Source: Pecten maximus (Eukaryota). From it: a stretch of 64,000 nt of DNA. This document shows, piece by piece, positions 40,524-59,000 of the stretch. The position numbers and the translations under genes were made by a program. The stretch lies in the NCBI RefSeq assembly GCF_902652985.1, contig NC_047023.1, forward strand, positions 21,204,001 through 21,268,000, written 5' to 3'. The first letter of the stretch is position 1; each line of letters begins with the position of its first letter. Below the pieces are notes generated by a model. That model worked only from the letters and a program-made list of their open reading frames with translations, had not been told where the DNA came from and did no database searches.

Positions 40524-41586
40524 ACATCAAATACCACGTGGGGACATCATCTATCACTAAAGTACATCACCACCAGTATGGACCAGACATCAAATACCAC
40601 GTGGGGACATCATCCATCACTAAAGTACATCACCACCAGTATGGACCAGACATCAAATACCACGTGGGGACATCGTCAATCATTGAGGCACATCACCAAC
40701 AGTAGGGGCCAGATATCAAATACCACGTGGGGACATCATCCATCATGGAGGTTCATCACCACCAGTATGGACCAGATATCAAATACCACGTGGGGACATC
40801 ATCCATCATTGAGGTACATCACCACCAGTATGGACCAGATATCAAATACCACGTGGGGACATCATCCATCATTGAGGTTCATCACCACCAGTATGGACCA
40901 GATATCAAATACCACGTGGGGACATCATCCACCATTGAGGTACATCACCACCAGTATGGACCAGACATCAAATATCCAATTGGGACATCATCCATCATTG
41001 AGGTACATCATCAACAGTGGGGATCAGACATCAAATATCACGTGGGGACATCATCCATCATTGAGGTACATCATCAACAGTATGGACCAGACATCAAATA
41101 CCACGTGGGGACATCATCCATCATTGAGGTACATCATCAACAGTATGGACCAGACATCAAATACCACGTGGGGACATCATCCATCATTGAGGTTCATCAC
41201 CACCAGTATGGACCAGATATCAAATACCACGTGGGGACATCATCCATCATTGAGGTACATCACCACCAGTATGGACCAGATATCAAATACCACGTGGGGA
41301 CATCATCCATCATTGAGGTTCATCACCACCAGTATGGACCAGATATCAAATACCACGTGGGGACATCATCCACCATTGAGGTACATCACCACCAGTATGG
41401 ACCAGACATCAAATATCCAATTGGGACATCATCCATCATTGAGGTACATCATCAACAGTGGGGATCAGACATCAAATATCACGTGGGGACATCATCCATC
41501 ATTGAGGTACATCATCAACAGTATGGACCAGACATCAAATATCACGTGGGGACATCATCCATCATTGAGGTACATCATCAACAGTA
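40524..41586. repeat. 63-bp minisatellite, ~17 copies, 7-unit higher-order duplication; decayed copies at 42140-42435
   Basis: acatcaaataccacgtggggacatcatccatcattgaggtacatcaccaccagtatggaccag. Confidence 0.93.
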
Positions 41587-41614
41587 TATATTAATATACT
41601 GTTTTGTTTAGTAA

Positions 41615-41740
41615 TAGTTCTCTACCTTGGGAGTGTGGTAAAGAAAACCTTAACCCGAGACTTGCCATGGGTTGAACATTCATGAATTCCCCCTTGAGTT
41701 CAGATTGCTTTGTCACATTCCCTAGGAAGGGAATGATCAT
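41615..41740. mobile_element. Short hairpin MITE-like repeat; related fragment at 42441-42518
   Basis: Reverse complement of 41675-41735 aligns with ttcactgcctcaggggtgtgacaaagaaatctcaacccgagggggattcatgga at 42441. Confidence 0.5.
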
Positions 41741-43026
41741 GTTTCTCCCACTACTTCAAATGTAATTGCATATCCTATCGTGATCAAGGTCTGTTTGTAA
41801 ACAAATGCACATGGTTGGCGCATGAATATCCTCATTTGAAGAAGTATCCATCCAGCCCTCGAAAATTGCATATCAATATCATTACACAATAAAACATAGG
41901 TAGAAAATTAATTCACAGTATTCTTTTTTAAACAGGCACTTATATAAAGTATCATTGATACTGTTCTGATGAACATCATGCCATTTCATAAAAATTTTAA
42001 TAATGTCTGGAATATAGTGACGTCACTCAAAAAGTAGTTCCGCAAGTACTTCTTGTTCAAAAGGCGCGTGCAATCTGTCGTACACTAGGAGTTGACAGAG
42101 AAAACTGGAGCTAAATCGGTGAACGGAGGGAGAAAAATCATACATCAAATACCACGGTTGGACATCATCCATCATTGAGGTACACCACCATAAGTGGGAT
42201 GAATCAGACATCAAAAACCATGTGGGGACATTATCCATTATTGAGGTAATCATTATCAGTAAGGATTAGACATGTCAAGAGGGGAACATCATCCATCATT
42301 GATGTACATCACCTACAGTAGGGACCAGAAATCGACTGTTTGACACCATCGATCATTGAGGTACATCACCAACAGTAGGGATTAGACATTAAATATATGA
42401 CATCATCCATCATTGAGGTACATCACCAACAATAGAATCTTTCACTGCCTCAGGGGTGTGACAAAGAAATCTCAACCCGAGGGGGATTCATGGATGTCCA
42501 ACCCGAGGCTTGCCGAGAAGAATATGTTTGCGGGGGATACAGGCTGACGAAAAGGCCGATCTCATCTAGAAAAGTTTGATTTCGCTGTGCGATGTAAATG
42601 CCTAGTGGCTCTGTTGTCATTTTGAGGATATGACATACCTGGATTTGGCCTACATTTGTATGGTGGTATCGTCAATGACCCATAAGACGCTGAAGACGCT
42701 TATCCTACTGGAACACATGGCCTTTTCAATGATTTTCATGAATTATCCTCGTTTTGTCAACTTTGAATTATCATTTCGTTTGGATGTCGGTATTAGCTGT
42801 TTGTTTTCCTGTCTTATTCAAGCACAATGGCATCTTTGCTTCTCTCTATACCACAAAGGATTTCATTTGGACACAGAACATCATTTTCTGCTGTCTTAAA
42901 CGTCTTGTGCTTCTCTAGATTTGTTTTAATTTTTCTCCCCCCCCCCCCCCCCCCCCCCCCCCCCCTTTGGGTTTCCATGGATGTCTGGCTTAGGTTGGCC
43001 TTTTCTTAGGGTTTTAATGGGTTTCT

Positions 43027-43240
43027 GGCTCAGTGGCCGAGTGGTTAAGGTGTCCCGACACTTTATCACTAGCCCTCCACCTCTGGGTTGCGAGTTCGAA
43101 ATCTACGTGGGGCAGTTGCCAGGTACTGACTGTAGGCCGGTGGTTTTTCTCCGGGTACTCCGGCTTTCCTCCACCTACAAAACCTGGCACGTCTTTAAAT
43201 GGCCCTGGCTGTTAATAGGACGTTAAACAAAAACAAACCA
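43027..43240 (+). mobile_element. tRNA-derived V-domain SINE, second copy
   Basis: Highly similar to the reverse complement of 4502-4719. Confidence 0.87.
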
Positions 43241-44465
43241 AAGTCTTGCTCAGAAACACCGTTTCGTTTGGTTTCTATGGATGTCTGGTTCGGACACGCC
43301 TTTTCTTTTAACAAGGACTGTCTCTATTTGTGTTCATCGACATTTGTTGAGATATTCTCTACTATCTTTTTCGGACTCTTTAGGTTTCCTTCCCCTAAAG
43401 GCCAGACTGCTGATTTTGTCTCTTTCATGTTTATCCTTCATTTTTTTCTCCGTTATGTGTGTTTTCAGTAACTGAAGTGTCCTCTGGTCCTCTAAAATTT
43501 GTACATGTGATGCCTGATTTTATTTTGCATATTTCCCACAAAGGCATCATACTGGTTTTATACGCTGTTCCAGGTAATGTAATTAAGACAAGGCGAGATA
43601 TGATTTTTCGTCAGCTGGGCCTCACCCTCCTCCAAAATTCCAAGGGTTGTGTTCACGTAAATCTCTGCGCAGGAACGTAGTTCCATAGGATCTCGAAGAC
43701 TGGGTTCGTCCTATCCACTCTCGGAAAACCCTGAGGTAATACTCTCACTATTTCTTAGAAACAGTTTGTCTTAATGCCGCCATTCGTAGATTGATTGTTC
43801 CAGACTTTTCTAATCTGTTTTTCAGATTTCCTTCATGTCTTCCTAATCTACAGCTGTTTCGTTTTCTTGCTTTTTCATGAAATCGGGCATTTCCACCCCC
43901 GTAGCTCCGTACAATTCTGTGTAAGTATGGTTCGCAGTAGAGATTGGTTACTGCGTGTCGTTACTTGGTTACCAGCAGCTATACCGTATATCCCTTCTAT
44001 TTTCTCTCCGTCCGAATCCAGCATATGATGGCGTCCCTGTCAGTATGATCAACTGACATTGTTTCGTCCAGCTACACTGACCACAGGCACTCGCCTCGCC
44101 TGTCAGTGCACTAGAATGACGAGGCGAGTGCCTGTGCTCTGTCTGGATTTGGTATTGTACCAAACTTTTTTAGGGAAATCCATATCTCTGTCTCTGCATT
44201 CTGCCGGTGGCTTTTCACAATGCATACAATCGGTTCATTATACAGCTTGGTGCCAATTTCATTAATATCGGCATTATGGTTGTTGACGCCTTGCTGTCGT
44301 AATATCAGTCCAAGAATAGCTAATAACATGTCATCTTACTCGTGTCTTTCAGTGGCGTATAAAGCCCGTAGATGTCAGGATAAGACGATGAGTTCTTATA
44401 GTAGGTTTGTATTGCTATAGCAAACATTGTATATGGCTAAAGGGTATGATCGTTTCCTTGGTGTA

Positions 44466-44577
44466 ACCATAGGTGCTTAGCATGTTTATAAGTCCAAGAC
44501 GGATTATAGACCAATCTATCTCTATATATTAGTCTATAATCGATCTTGGACTTATAAACGTGCTAAGCACCTACGGT
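44466..44577. repeat. Imperfect palindrome (hairpin MITE-like), ~50-bp arms
   Basis: taggtgcttagcatgtttataagtccaaga...tcttggacttataaacgtgctaagcaccta. Confidence 0.8.
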
Positions 44578-45231
44578 GGAACACAGGACCTAGGTCCCTT
44601 GGGGGCAGGGCTAAATCCTGGACAAATGCTGACAGCATGACTGTTTTGCTTCATGACTATTTATTTGTTATTAGTAGGGATCGGAAAGAATGGGACATTG
44701 CGGTATATGGATAGAGTGGGGACCAACACGATTTCCAGATTTAAATGCATGTCGGAGAAATTAACAAATAAGCAATGTAGCCAGTAAACAATGAGCCTTA
44801 TTGTCAAACATCGTGTCCACGTCTGGAGGTATGGAACGTGGAGAATAGGTCCATATTATGAAGTATCTGCATTTCCCACTACACCCCATCCAGATACCTC
44901 AACATAACCTGCTCCATCAGAAGTACCAACTGACCAAATATTAGGACACGGGGTCTTTTAAAGCAAAGAAGCAACCACTATAAACTAAGTCCATAAGCTA
45001 TTCAAGACGCCAAATAGACCTACATATATCACTTAGCTGTTACTTAAGTGCTGACCTTCAAAGTAGGTAAAGTGAAACCAAGTATCTCTTTATAACGGAA
45101 ACATCATTGCTGGAATATTTTAAGACTTACCAAGTGACAAGTAGCAACAAATTTGACCACTAGCCTTGCGTTTGGACCGCAGCATTATTTTTACTTTAGG
45201 CTCACTGGATCTTAGTCAAAAAAATCTGAAT

Positions 45232-46010
45232 ACTACAAACGTTATAGTGCAGTCGACTCACTACAAACGTTATAGGGCTGCCGACTCACTACAAACGTTA
45301 TAGGGCTGCCGACTCACTATAAACGTTATAGGGCTGCAGACTCACTACAAACTTTGTAGGGCTGTCGATTCACCACAAACTTTGTAGGGCTGTCGACTCA
45401 CCACAAACTTTGTAGGGCTGTCGACTCACCACAAACTTTGTAGGGCTACCGACCCACTACAAACGTTATAGGGCTGCCCGCTCACTACAAACTTTATAGG
45501 CCTGCCCACTCACTACAAACGTTATAGGCCTGCCCACTCACTAGAAACGTTATAGGGCTACCGACCCACTTCAAACGTTATAGGCCTGCCCACTCACTAT
45601 AAACGTTATAGGGCTGCAGACTCACTACAAACTTTGTAGGGCTGTCGACTCACCACAAACTTTGTAGGGCTGTCGACTCACCACAAACTTTGTAGGGTTA
45701 CCGACCCACTACAAACGTTATAGGGCTGCCCGCTCACTACAAACTTTATAGGCCTGCCCACTCACTACAAACGTTATAGGCCTGCCCACTCACTAGAAAC
45801 GTTATAGGGCTACCGACCCACTACAAACTTTATAGGCCTGCCCACTCACTAGAAACATTGTAGGGCTACCGACCCACTACAAACGTTATAGGGCTGCACG
45901 CTCACTAGAAACTTTGTAGGGCTACCGACCCACTACAAACGTTATAGGCCTGCCCGCTCACTACAAACTTTGTAGGGCTGTCCGCTCACTGCAAACTTTA
46001 CAGGGCTGAC
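45232..46010. repeat. 28-bp minisatellite, ~27 copies
   Basis: ccgactcactacaaacgttatagggctg. Confidence 0.93.
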
Positions 46011-46676
46011 AGCTCCTTGTTTTTCTGAAGTTCAACATTTGAACAGGTCGACCAATGGCCATGGATATGAGCCAGGATTTATTTTAAAACTTTGCCTAAC
46101 CATAAGTCAATAGGCTACTTTCTCATCAATTATCATAACTTTAAAGTTTAAATTAATAACTTCACAACTTATTTCATTGAAATTTCACAATCACCAGTAT
46201 AATGAATCAGGATGACAAAGTAAGCTCACTAAGCAAAATCATGTACGAGGAGTAACTTTCCATTAACATGTACAGTATATAGCATTATGATTGATAAGTG
46301 GACAACAGACACAGTTTCATTTCTTAATTTTAATTGCAGACATGACAAAACACATCAGCATTATTTACACAATACAGTCACTGGCGTTTCATTGGTCACA
46401 TCTTTTGTACATCATAAACTTTCCACCCTACATTTCAATATATTCTACATGGTGTATACTTTCCAGCACCAGAGGTACACAACAAGTGTCAATTAGCCTG
46501 GGTTAACTGGAATTAACACTTTGTAATGTGCTGTTGAAAACAAAAACTCAAAGCTACATAACAGCTGATGTTTCTTCATTAATTCTGAATGTCCAAGAAT
46601 CCCAAACACACAAAAATAGATGTAGTTGTTTGACACAGTTTTTAAAAAGTTTATAGAAATCTCAGAAATGCCTGGT

Positions 46677-46774
46677 TTATTTGCGGTACCACATTTGAAA
46701 TATTCTCATTCTCTTGATTTTCTTCTGTAGTTGTAGCACTCCATATAACAAAGCTTCTGCTGTGGGTGGACATC
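46677..46774 (-). CDS. NDUFS7: NDUFS7 exon 6 (terminal)
   Basis: tttcag|[32 protein letters not shown]. Confidence 0.96.
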
Positions 46775-46873
46775 CTGAAACACAAGTACATAAACTTTAC
46801 TGACAACCGGAGCAATCCTGGTGGTAATAGGTACAATTTTTCTTACAAGGTACATTGTATAATTAAACACAAT

Positions 46874-51937
<5,064 letters not shown>

Positions 51938-52796
51938 CTAAAGAAAGAAAAATAAATGATTGTGGTTATTACATTCATAAGGTTTTCATATACTGGAATT
52001 GTCATCTGAAAAATAATCAATTGTTGTGTAATGTTCTGACAGATAAATAATTCATTTTAAATTCACAATAACACATTCCAAATATATTTTTTATTAATAT
52101 CCCTCATATAATTTTGTACCAGATTATCAAAAAGTGACAAAACCTCCAGGATTTAATGGAATTTTCAATTTCTTTAACTTCCCATCCCTTCTGAATGTAA
52201 CGGAATTGTCATTGTCTTTAACCCCCACACCCCTCACTGGGTTGTAAGAAAATTGTCAATGTCTTTAGCAATCCTCCCCTTCTCCCATTACTGGGTTGAA
52301 TTAATATATTATTTAATTAACAAGATTTTACAAAAACCTCAAAAGTAAATAGTGCCTTTCAATATGAATTTAGTGATAGATACAGTATACAGAAGAGGAA
52401 TATAAAACTGCATTGTTTAGCTGTTAAGTTTTTTCCTTTGAGAACTCTTAGTGATATGCCAGGGCCAAGGGTACACATACAAGTCCAGAAGGGAAGACAG
52501 GAAAATCGAATGGGCCTCAACCAATGCAGTTATAACTCACTAGAGAAGGGGTGATGCATCAAAAAGCTATAAACCCCATAATTTAATCAATTTTCTTTGG
52601 ATATTAGACAATTTAATACATGAATTTTGACATTCATTGTAGCCTGTAGGCAATGGCATATTGAAAATGATAAGAATAAAACCACTCACAAATGGTTTTG
52701 TTTATTTTATACATGTATTACTCAGAAAATATCACTGGATGATCAGAAAATATAGCTGGGTTTGTCAAAAATATGCATCAGTATGTCACTATCCAT

Positions 52797-53085
52797 CAGA
52801 TTTTCAAACAGATTGAAATGGTCTCTGATGAGACAATAAAGAGTTACTTCCCTTGTATGGATTAACACTGGTAAGTCAGTCCACATAATTTTTTCAGTTA
52901 TATCAAAGACTGATTCAATCAGTGCTTAGCTACTTTAAATATTCATAAACATCACATTTTCAAACAGATTGAAATGGTCTCTGATAAGACAATAAAGAGT
53001 TACTTCCCTTGTATGGATATGTCCACACAATTGTTTCCAGTTATATCAGACACAGATACAATTAGTGCCTACTTTAAATATTCCT
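52797..53085. repeat. ~155-bp tandem duplication in NDUFS7 intron 4
   Basis: ttttcaaacagattgaaatggtctctgat...cccttgtatggat occurs twice. Confidence 0.85.
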
Positions 53086-53125
53086 AATAGTATTATGTCA
53101 GTATGTTCAGGAACCACATTTATTA

Positions 53126-53344
<219 letters not shown>

Positions 53345-54362
53345 TTAGGGATTTAGGAAGTTTGTACTTTGTAGCAATAAAATAAAATTTCTTCTGACAA
53401 ATCAAAATGCTGAAAAATATACCCAATGCATATACAAATGTACATGTAATGGTATATATTTGTATTACCTAGTTTGATTTTTTCTTTTGGTCTTTCCTCT
53501 GAAAATGAATTTCCTACCAGTCTTTAAAACCAAGAGATTTTAGCTTTAAATTTCAGCATTAACCTACTCACCAACTTCAATAAGATACCCGTCCTTTTCA
53601 AAACAAAAACAAATCTTATTGAACACCCACGGCTAGTGAAATTGCCTACTCACATATTATACATATGATTTATTTTCTATTTATTTCTCATTAAGAGATT
53701 GTGAACAGTGAAAGTATCTTATATCACAACTTGAAAGTAATCAGACATTTTTCAAAATGTGCACAACATGTATATATATTCATTTAAACATTTTTCCTGG
53801 TGAAATATCAGAAATGATCAACTTAATAAAAGTTTTGTTTTTGACCAATCAGCATGGTAGTTTCTATTCACTGCAATGAAATCTGCTGATTTTTATAATT
53901 CAGACCCAGTTGAAGCATATGTAGAATAATTGGCTATTTTGCTTCCTTATAATACAATGCAGTTTTTGATAAAGTACTCCTTTTGACACAAGTTTTGTAA
54001 GCAAGATTTACCAGATTAGAGCCAGAAACACTGAAAGTGTGTTGAGCAGCCTATTCAAAATTAATAGTGCTGTCTTGTTGTGCGCAATTTCAAATGACAT
54101 TAAAGAGTATGCTAATGATTCATGTGCTTTTTCTATGTATAGGTTTTTTTCTTTTCTACCTAAAAATTAATTGAATTTAAAATTTAATGGTTTCCAGTTA
54201 AATATAACATCACTTGTAGTGCTTGTGAAAAAAATATATTGATATTCTGTATGTCATAATTGTGAAATATGTGTTATATTCAACAGGAAACCATTCAATA
54301 TCCTCTACATTAGGGCATGCCCTTGCTATCATTACAAAATTAAAGTGGTCCTATAAACAAAC

Positions 54363-54543
54363 CTTTCTTCCCCAGTTCACCAGGTCATCCAAACGAGCCA
54401 AGGCAAACTCAGCCTTGCCACTTGTTTCCAAGAAGGGAGAATACTTCTTTCGCTTCACAACTCCTGCTTCGGCACTCTCTTGTACTTCTGTACTCTCCTT
54501 CGTTTTGGCTACGTTAGTACTTTGTTCCCTGTAGGGAACCAGA
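54363..54543 (-). CDS. NDUFS7: NDUFS7 exon 3
   Basis: LVPYREQST...YSPFLETSGKAEFALARLDDLVNWGRK|gtttgt. Confidence 0.9.
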
Positions 54544-54962
54544 CTGTCAAATACAGAGAATAAGTTAAAAGATACATCATTTCATTTTACTGCACAACTT
54601 TGCTACTTTTGACACAAATTCCAATTATTACTGACCGCATTCTACATGTACTATAATGATTATCATCTTACAATTTTCTTTTGAGCAAGTTAATTCTTAG
54701 AACTGTTTTGACATATTTTATTTTGCTTTCAATAATTCAAGCAAGAAGATTTGGCTCAAGTTATGTCAACTTAATTTAGTCTTTCTGAAAACAATGGTTC
54801 TGATGTGGTTATACTTTATTACTCTAAGTTTGATATGAAATGAAATGGTGAAACCAAACCTTAAAACTTGAGAGTGTGTCTTTGATTTGCTTACAATTAC
54901 AGGTACTGGATATGACATTGATAGAAATAAATAGAACATTTGGTTATAACAGTTCTCTGTAC

Positions 54963-55086
54963 CTAGTTTGTTTAATGTCATTTGATTTCCTGTCAGTCAT
55001 GAGTTCACGACACTGACAACCTGCTGGTGCCCAAGTGCGATTGAGGAGGGTACCCAGGGTCTGAAACCTCCCAGGCAACCATAGCA
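54963..55086 (-). CDS. NDUFS7: NDUFS7 exon 2 (transit peptide region)
   Basis: LLWLPGRFQTLGTLLNRTWAPAGCQCRELMTDRKSNDIKQT; ttgcag acceptor, AG|gtacag donor, phase 1-2. Confidence 0.78.
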
Positions 55087-56045
55087 CTGCAATAAAAAAA
55101 CATACAATCAGTTGACATTCAAAATTACCTCACTTGTGATTACCAAATAATTTTTCAGTATTCTCCCAAGAATATTGATTTGATCCCAAGTGATGGAAAT
55201 AAGCTAATCATAACTGTGGTCATATCTAATTTCTTTGCTTAGTGTAAAAGCTCTTCAGATTTAGAACTCATGTTTGTTGTTGACTATGTGTATGAGTATC
55301 TAAAGTTTGACATATAATCAAATTGCATGCGAGTACATAGGATTTTATTTTCTGGGTTAGATCATTCCATCAACAGCCAGTAGTTCCAAGGTCAGGGTCT
55401 CCATGTAGTAGATGGGCTACCTCATTGACCTCACTGAACAAAGTACATGATGTACAAGAAACCTGTGTGAAGAAGGCAATTTATCCAGATTATTGTCATA
55501 TGTGTTAAATGTTTTGCCCAAGAACACAACCATCTCTATATTTAAAGAGTAATGAGTCTGATTACCTTTGCCTATTTAAAGATCATAGTCATGATAGTGG
55601 GTCACGTGCTAGGCAAAGAAAAGATATAAAATACAGCAAAAAGGAACATTACAGAGTATGGAAGTTAGAAGAGTTTGTGTAGGGACAGTTTGAAGCAGTA
55701 AGAAGATGAAGTTATAAATGGAGACAGACGATTCCATGGCCAGTTGACTATGATTTGAGGGGGAAAATGATTGTACCAGTGAGTTGTGTTCTACATGAGA
55801 GCGTTTGTTATGGCTCTCTGGTGTGGGTATCTTGTGTGGCAGGATGGAGAAATGTGTTGATCTTTTCTCACATTTGACTTTGTCAATTTGTCAAATATAC
55901 AAGGTAATTTTGTGAAGAATTTTCAGATGCATAACTCTCCTGTTGCATTTCCAGTTAAGATGTTGAAGCATGGCAGCAACATGGAAGATGTTTCTAAATT
56001 TGTAAAATTACCTAAGCTGCATCCTCATGAATACCGAAGCTGTAT

Positions 56046-59000
56046 CACTGGTAACTGTAAAAGTCTGAATTTTGGCGAAAAATCTGAGTTTTAAATTACA
56101 TATCTGAATTTCAGCCGAAAAGTCTTTGTTTTTCAGATATACATTTTATATTCTGATAAGTTGGGGGAAACTCAGATAAGTATTATGAAATTCCGATTTG
56201 CATGCTGGAATTCAGATATGTTGGGTAAAATTCAGATGTTTTCTTATTTGTGCCCTCGGGCACCCCTTCTTGCCGGCGAGAGCAGCACGGGGTTTCACAC
56301 CTCCCGCGGAGCCGGGTGTTCATGGTCCTCCGGCACCAGCTTACCTTTACCTGTGCTGTATAAATCATCCGCGTGTGACTCGATCGGTCACCAATATAGA
56401 CTATCCTACATCGGTCGCTGTAAACTTCAACATTACGGCCGGTAAAGTGTTTTAATTTGTGATTATCTTCGTCTGTTTTTAGTGTAATGACCAGTGTCGT
56501 TATTCCGTGTGTTGCGTGTGTTTGATACTTTTCTACCTCCGATAACAAAAGATCTGACTGCACGGTGCGGTGATGCAATCGGACCGACGACGTTTTGTAC
56601 AAGGGCATATCACAATCGACAACCAATATCTCTTATTTCCAATTGGTATCTAAGCTTAATTAAAATGATATTCTCAATAAATCTGTTCACGTGTTGTGAT
56701 CTGTTGAAACAGTCGGTTCGTAACGTAAGTAGCCGCCCATATGTACAGTACTGTGCAGTGCGTAATTAATAAAAATCGTGTGTTGATACCGATATTCACA
56801 CTGTTATAGACCAAACATTATTTATGTGCACTTGACGAAAAATCAGACCCAAATAAATTGTTCGCACACTTTCGATGGCTTGTGGTCGCATGATAGTCAT
56901 ACGTCTGGCCGTACGCAGTGCCAGCAGGCGGTCTATTTTAGGACCGATCAAAAGCCGTACGTCTGTCATGGGCTACCAGCTAGCTACCAGTACAAACAGA
57001 ATCACCTACCGTAAGTGTCGCTGCTGTTCTTTATATTTCTTACAGAACCATCGTTTTGTTAATGATTATTTGGCGAGATTGGAAAATGTTAGTCTTTGTG
57101 AACAACTTAATCGTATATTTGTTTTGACGTATATATAACACAGTTACTATATTCTTGTTTCAGGTATCCCATGGCTGTAATACGGTTGCAGAAAAAATAG
57201 ACCAAATTCCGAACCAGTTGCAGTTTCTTCTTTGTGCCTGGCCTGAACGATGCTTGCTATTTATTGACTTTGATATATACTGTATACCTATATCCGTTAA
57301 CATTATTTGACATATTTACCCTGTAGCATTTTAATAATTTCCTAAATACGTAGACGTATATATCGCATACATGTGACCTTTATATACGTCTCTGCTTATA
57401 AAATAATGGGGCATATCAGGACTCATTTCACGACATGTATGTCGTACAATATGTTTTATACTTTGCCGAATACAACAGAGATACACATTTAAATATATAT
57501 TTTAGATCGTGGAAAAATATTTCGATAATTTTCTGAATCGCACGTATATATCGTGTAACATTTTGATGATGTTCTGAATAGAACTCGAGCATCAAAGTTT
57601 CTTAATGTATCGGTACGAATATATATTGGCAACATTTTGATAATTCTTCGTGATTTATAGCGGGGCGTTTTTGTTTTTTTTGTTTTTTGTTTTTGTATTT
57701 TTAATATAATCGAGGGTAGAGAGTGGTGAAAATTTGATCATTTTCTTAAGATAATTGGACAGACGTAAATGGTGTGCCATGTAGATTTTGTTCTTGATAT
57801 ATCCTGCAACATTTCGATAATTTTCTAAATAGAATGGGACGTATACATTGTGTAACGTTTTTTTTTTTTTTATAATTTTCTAAATAGAATGGGACGTATA
57901 AATTGTATAACGTTTTTTTTTTATATAATTTTCTAAATGTATCTGGATTTATAAGCGTCATTTTGCTTTCATTTTACGTGTTTTACTCCCGACCCTCATA
58001 AAGTTAAACTCATAAAATCATAACCGGAATCATTTTACCGATATCAAATCTTCTAATAAAATCCGAAACGTTACGTGTAGATTATCTTTTTATTCATACA
58101 ATACATGAACGAACATTTCATCTTAACCCTGGGATACTGATTTAGTCGATAAAATATGGGTCTCCATTCCCTACGGGATGTCGCCACAGCAAGTACCCAT
58201 TTCTCCCCGTAGCTCAACAAAGACTCTTCTGTATTTTACCTTCGAGATAGGATATTACGTAATTCAATTCATTTCCAAAAGCAACACAGTATGAAGGATT
58301 CCAGGATACATACAGAATATAGTAGTCTTGTCACAGCTCATGGTCTTGAAATTTGTTTAAATATGCATTCATATGTCATGGGTGTGTGATGAGTTCCTGC
58401 CTATACAATTGTCCCTATATTTATATTATTGTAGAACTCGACACCGCGACATTGTCGATGGCACGCCGACTTCTCAACGGTCCAGTGAACAAGATAATTG
58501 ACCTGTAATCAGTGTCATCTGGACTAGCAGAGGTTGTGTATTGTAACTGACTAGGGCAGTGACCACACCATATTTGAAACGATGATCTAGTACATGAACG
58601 TTTTGCTTATGAAAACTCCTCACCTTAACAATAAAGTTCGCAAAATTGGTAAAACGAATTATGGATTAACGACCGATATGCAAACCGGTACAAATTAAGG
58701 ATGTATCGTGGATTCCCATAGCAAGGACCCATTGTAATACTTTGATCAAACATTCGTTACGATAATCTACAGTAAGTATTTAACCGAGATAAATACTTAA
58801 GATAAATGCGAACTGTTAAGTGATTAAACAGTATTAAGTATTATCTTTCATTTTTTTAGGGACAGTGATGGAATAAGAAAGAGTGCGTGTATGAAGACTT
58901 GTATTTTGCACGAATTTACCTGGACCCGAGACGTGAATATCAGATAACGCGTCTCTGTCTTGACACAATTAAAATTATAAAATATGACATATAGACATAA

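Noticed and set aside
42600-44460. Coding gene in the GC-richer region with many short ORFs
   Set aside because: No recognisable domain or consistent exon chain; probably a decayed mobile element I cannot classify
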